This document shows positions 60,935-64,000 of a stretch of DNA of 64,000 bases, one piece after another. Within the stretch, counting starts at the first letter, position 1, and every line of letters begins with the position of its first letter. A model generated the notes under the pieces. The model did no database searches and was not told where the DNA came from. It saw nothing but the letters and a program-made list of their open reading frames with translations. Made by a program: the position numbers and the translations under genes. The DNA is from Thermodesulfobacteriota bacterium (GTDB lineage Bacteria > Desulfobacterota_D > UBA1144 > Nemesobacterales > CSP1-2), in assembly GCA_036397855.1 (NCBI GenBank), contig DASWID010000030.1, positions 1,948 through 65,947 of the forward strand, in the 5' to 3' direction.

Positions 60935-63745
60935 ATGTATATACCTACTTCTACATACAGGATTCAGTTCAGGCCTTCATTTGGATTCGAAGAAGCCCGT
61001 GAGATAGTGGAATATCTTTCAAAGCTTGGAATTTCCGCTTTGTATGCATCCCCAATATTTAAGGCAACAAAAGGGAGTACACACGGCTATGATGTTGTTG
61101 ATCCAAATGAGTTAAATCAGGAATTAGGCTCGGCTCAGGATTTTCAAGATCTAATAACTGATTTAAAGGGCTTTGGCATGGGGTGGATTCAGGATATTGT
61201 TCCTAACCATATGGCTTATGTCTCCGAAAATCATATGCTTATGGATATCTTGGAGAGGGGCGAAAGATCACGATATTTTAATTTTTTTGACATCGATTGG
61301 CATCATCCTTATGAAGGCTTAAAGGAGGGGCTGCTCGCGCCGTTTTTAGGGAAGACGTATGCACAGTCTCTAGGGGAGGGTGAGATTACACTAGGATATG
61401 GGGGCAATGGTTTGACGATAAATTATTACGACTTGAAGTTTCCATTAAAGATAGAAACATACATCGATGTTTTAACATATAGATTAAGAACATTACAGGT
61501 ACGTCTCGGTGACGAACATCCTGACTACATAAAATTTCTTGGAATACTTTATGTCCTGCGTAATCTTTCATCTTCTGAAGTCAGACCTGATGACAATAAT
61601 GCGCAGATAAATTTCATAAAAAGGCTGTTGTGGGAGTTATATACCAAAAACGATATTATAAAGAATTTCTTAAATGAGAATATAGATATATTTAATCGAG
61701 GAGGGGGAGAAAGTAAGGGTTTTAATCTATTACATAATATCCTTTCCGAACAGTACTTCAGATTATCATTCTGGAAGGTTGCGACTGAAGAGATTAATTA
61801 TAGAAGGTTCTTCAATATAAATGAGCTCATCACTCTGAGGGTGGAAGATGAAGAAGTTTTTAATCAAACTCATTTTTTTACCTTTAATCTGATTGAGGAA
61901 GGAAAGATAGCTGGTCTACGCATTGACCACATTGACGGACTCTATGATCCAACGGTGTATCTGAATAGAATAAAGGCAAAGGATAACGAATTGTATATGG
62001 TTGTTGAGAAAATACTCGATTTTGATGAGGCTCTTCCCCGGTTCTGGCCTGTGCAAGGAACAACAGGCTATGATTTTTTGAATTATGTTAACGGTTTGTT
62101 TTGCAATAGAAAGAATCTAAAGATTTTCGATAAGATATATAAAAATTTCACTAACTTTACGATACCATATGATGAACTCGTTGCTGATAAAAAAAGGTTG
62201 ATCATAGGAAAGCATATGGCAGGTGATATCGATAACCTTGCCCATATCTTGAAGGCTATATCAAGTAAGGATATCCAGGGCAGTGACATAACACTTTATG
62301 GTCTTAAAAGAACGTTGGTTGAAGTAATGGCTTTGTTTCCAGTATACCGCACATACATGAGCAGTGATGTTATGAGAGAGAGTGATAAAATCTACGTTAG
62401 TATGGCAATAGAGGGCGCAAGGCATACAAACCCGGGTCTTCTCAACGAATTGGATTTCATAGAACGCTTCCTTCTTCTAAGGTTCGAAGGTGACATCTAT
62501 GCTGAAGAAAAGAAGGGATATATGGACTTCGTCATGAGATTTCAACAATATACTGGGCCTCTCATGGCAAAGGGTTTTGAGGATACCACCCTTTATGTCT
62601 ACAACAGACTATTGTCGCTTAATGATGTTGGAGGTAATCCCGATAGGTTCGGAATAACTATAAGAGAATTTAACGATTTCAACAAAGGAAGAGTAGAACT
62701 ATGGCCACATTCGATGAATGCTACTTCAACCCATGATACGAAAAGAGGGGAGGATGTAAGGGCAAGAATTAATGTTCTCTCAGAAATGCCTAAGGAATGG
62801 GAGAGATTTGTTACAACGTGTTCAAGAATTAATCGAATTAAGAAAACAATCATAGGTGGTAGGTTGTTACCGGATAAAAATGATGAATATTTCTTGTACC
62901 AAACTTTAATAGGAGCCTATCCCTTTGACGAAAATGATTTCCCCTTTTTTGTAGAAAGGATTAAAGACTACATCATAAAGGCTATTAGAGAGGCTAAAGT
63001 TCACACCGCATGGTTAAAACCCGATACCACTTACGAGGATTCATTTCTTTCTTTCATAGATGGGATATTGACCTCATCTTCGGAAAATCAGTTTATCGAC
63101 ATATTTCTACCTTTTCAAAAAAAGGTTGCGCACTACGGAGTATTTAATTCTCTTTCACAAACACTTCTAAAGATAACCTCGCCCGGGATACCGGATTTCT
63201 ATCAGGGAACTGAGCTCTGGGATCTTAATCTCGTTGATCCGGATAATCGGCGCGCCGTGGATTTTACCGAGAGGTATAAGTATCTAAATGAGATAATAGT
63301 CAAGGAGAAAGAAGATAATATTAAATTAATTGGTGAACTGAACTCAAAAACGGAAGATGGAAGAATAAAGCTATTTCTTATTTATAAATCACTCAAGGTG
63401 AGAAATGACAGAAAAGATTTTTTCAACGAAAGCAACTACATACCATTAGTAGTAAGGGGCAAATTTAAAGACCATGTGGTGTCTTTCGCAAGGAAAAAGG
63501 GAAAAATCTGGTCAATTACCATAGTGCCCAGGCTACTGGCTAGCCTAGTTAATGAGGATGAATTTCCGATGGGTGAAAGGGTATGGCAAGATACTCATAT
63601 TTTACTTCCAAAAGAATCCCCGGATTCCTGGAAAGATGCTTTTACCGATAAACTCATAAAGAGCGGATCAATTCTACGAGTCGGAAACATCTTGGAGCAT
63701 TTCCCGGTGTCTTTACTTTTGAGTGAAGGCGTGGGTGATTTATGA
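60935..63745 (+). CDS. treY: Malto-oligosyltrehalose synthase
   Basis: 936 aa. 'STYRIQFRPSFGFEEAREIVEYLSKLGISALYASPIF', 'GLRIDHIDGL'. Confidence 0.85.
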   Translation: MYIPTSTYRIQFRPSFGFEEAREIVEYLSKLGISALYASPIFKATKGSTHGYDVVDPNELNQELGSAQDFQDLITDLKGFGMGWIQDIVPNHMAYVSENHMLMDILERGERSRYFNFFDIDWHHPYEGLKEGLLAPFLGKTYAQSLGEGEITLGYGGNGLTINYYDLKFPLKIETYIDVLTYRLRTLQVRLGDEHPDYIKFLGILYVLRNLSSSEVRPDDNNAQINFIKRLLWELYTKNDIIKNFLNENIDIFNRGGGESKGFNLLHNILSEQYFRLSFWKVATEEINYRRFFNINELITLRVEDEEVFNQTHFFTFNLIEEGKIAGLRIDHIDGLYDPTVYLNRIKAKDNELYMVVEKILDFDEALPRFWPVQGTTGYDFLNYVNGLFCNRKNLKIFDKIYKNFTNFTIPYDELVADKKRLIIGKHMAGDIDNLAHILKAISSKDIQGSDITLYGLKRTLVEVMALFPVYRTYMSSDVMRESDKIYVSMAIEGARHTNPGLLNELDFIERFLLLRFEGDIYAEEKKGYMDFVMRFQQYTGPLMAKGFEDTTLYVYNRLLSLNDVGGNPDRFGITIREFNDFNKGRVELWPHSMNATSTHDTKRGEDVRARINVLSEMPKEWERFVTTCSRINRIKKTIIGGRLLPDKNDEYFLYQTLIGAYPFDENDFPFFVERIKDYIIKAIREAKVHTAWLKPDTTYEDSFLSFIDGILTSSSENQFIDIFLPFQKKVAHYGVFNSLSQTLLKITSPGIPDFYQGTELWDLNLVDPDNRRAVDFTERYKYLNEIIVKEKEDNIKLIGELNSKTEDGRIKLFLIYKSLKVRNDRKDFFNESNYIPLVVRGKFKDHVVSFARKKGKIWSITIVPRLLASLVNEDEFPMGERVWQDTHILLPKESPDSWKDAFTDKLIKSGSILRVGNILEHFPVSLLLSEGVGDL

Positions 63746-64000
63746 AATACCGAGGCAGCGGTATCTTACTCCATATTAGTTCTTTACCATCTCCCTTTGG
63801 TATTGGAGACCTGGGACCTGGTGCGTATAAATTCATAGATTTTTTAGTTGAAACGAAGCAGAGTTACTGGCAAATTCTCCCTTTGAACCCAACGAGTTCT
63901 GTATTGGGAAACTCACCCTATAACAGCCCTTCTGCTTTTGCTGGAAACCCGTTGCTAATTAGTCCCGAAATTCTGATTAAAAGGGGTTTTTTATCTGAGT
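63742..64000 (+). CDS. malQ: 4-alpha-glucanotransferase (amylomaltase, GH77), N-terminal part; runs off the 3' window edge
   Basis: ATGA overlap with the treY stop. 'GSGILLHISSLPSPFGIGDLGPGAYKFIDFL…WQILPLNPT' is the MalQ N-terminus. Confidence 0.7.
   Translation, partial: MKYRGSGILLHISSLPSPFGIGDLGPGAYKFIDFLVETKQSYWQILPLNPTSSVLGNSPYNSPSAFAGNPLLISPEILIKRGFLSE

Overview
This 64 kb window looks like a low-GC (~40%) bacterial chromosome from a didermic organism (SecDF/YajC, GmhA). It has two parts. Bases ~740-10,100 are an accessory cassette array. It starts right after the stop of a truncated epimerase gene and holds at least 8 tandem single-gene units on the + strand. The units differ sharply in composition: some ORFs are ~60-65% GC in a ~40% GC host. 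Every unit is preceded by the same ~180-330 bp element. That element carries a hairpin plus T-run, a conserved sigma70-like promoter (TTGACC-N17-TATTCT) and a conserved leader with TTTGC(A/G)G..TAA(C/T) motifs. The cargo is typical accessory or defence-type material: SnoaL-like, cupin, DUF1272 zinc-ribbon and NYN/PIN-like proteins. There is also a 540-aa reverse-oriented protein with a possible PD-(D/E)xK motif, and a minimal nucleotidyltransferase paired with a BrnA-like ribbon-helix-helix protein. No integrase, transposase or CRISPR array is present in the window. The array behaves like an integron or CALIN-type cassette array, but canonical attC core sites could not be confirmed. This is the main candidate for an undescribed system. 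Bases 10,100-64,000 are core genome: clpS, an M19 dipeptidase, hyuB, an epimerase, Trm112, sucD, yicC, dapB, tgt-yajC-secD-secF, cstA, an APC permease, pheS, a dual-specificity phosphatase, dcd, gyrB, an LLM oxidoreductase, tRNA-Val(CAC), a 549-aa internally repetitive exported protein, a GYD protein, mutL, gmhA, an untracked yacG-like ORF and efp. The core part ends in a large alpha-glucan/trehalose island: a GH63-like hydrolase, a free-standing CBM48 protein, glgE, a treS-maltokinase fusion, glgB, treZ, a CaCA antiporter, glgX, treY and the start of malQ. Several REP/BIME-like dispersed palindromic repeat families cluster in convergent intergenic regions. ORF-track coordinates were used wherever possible; hand-derived coordinates may be off by 1-2 bases.
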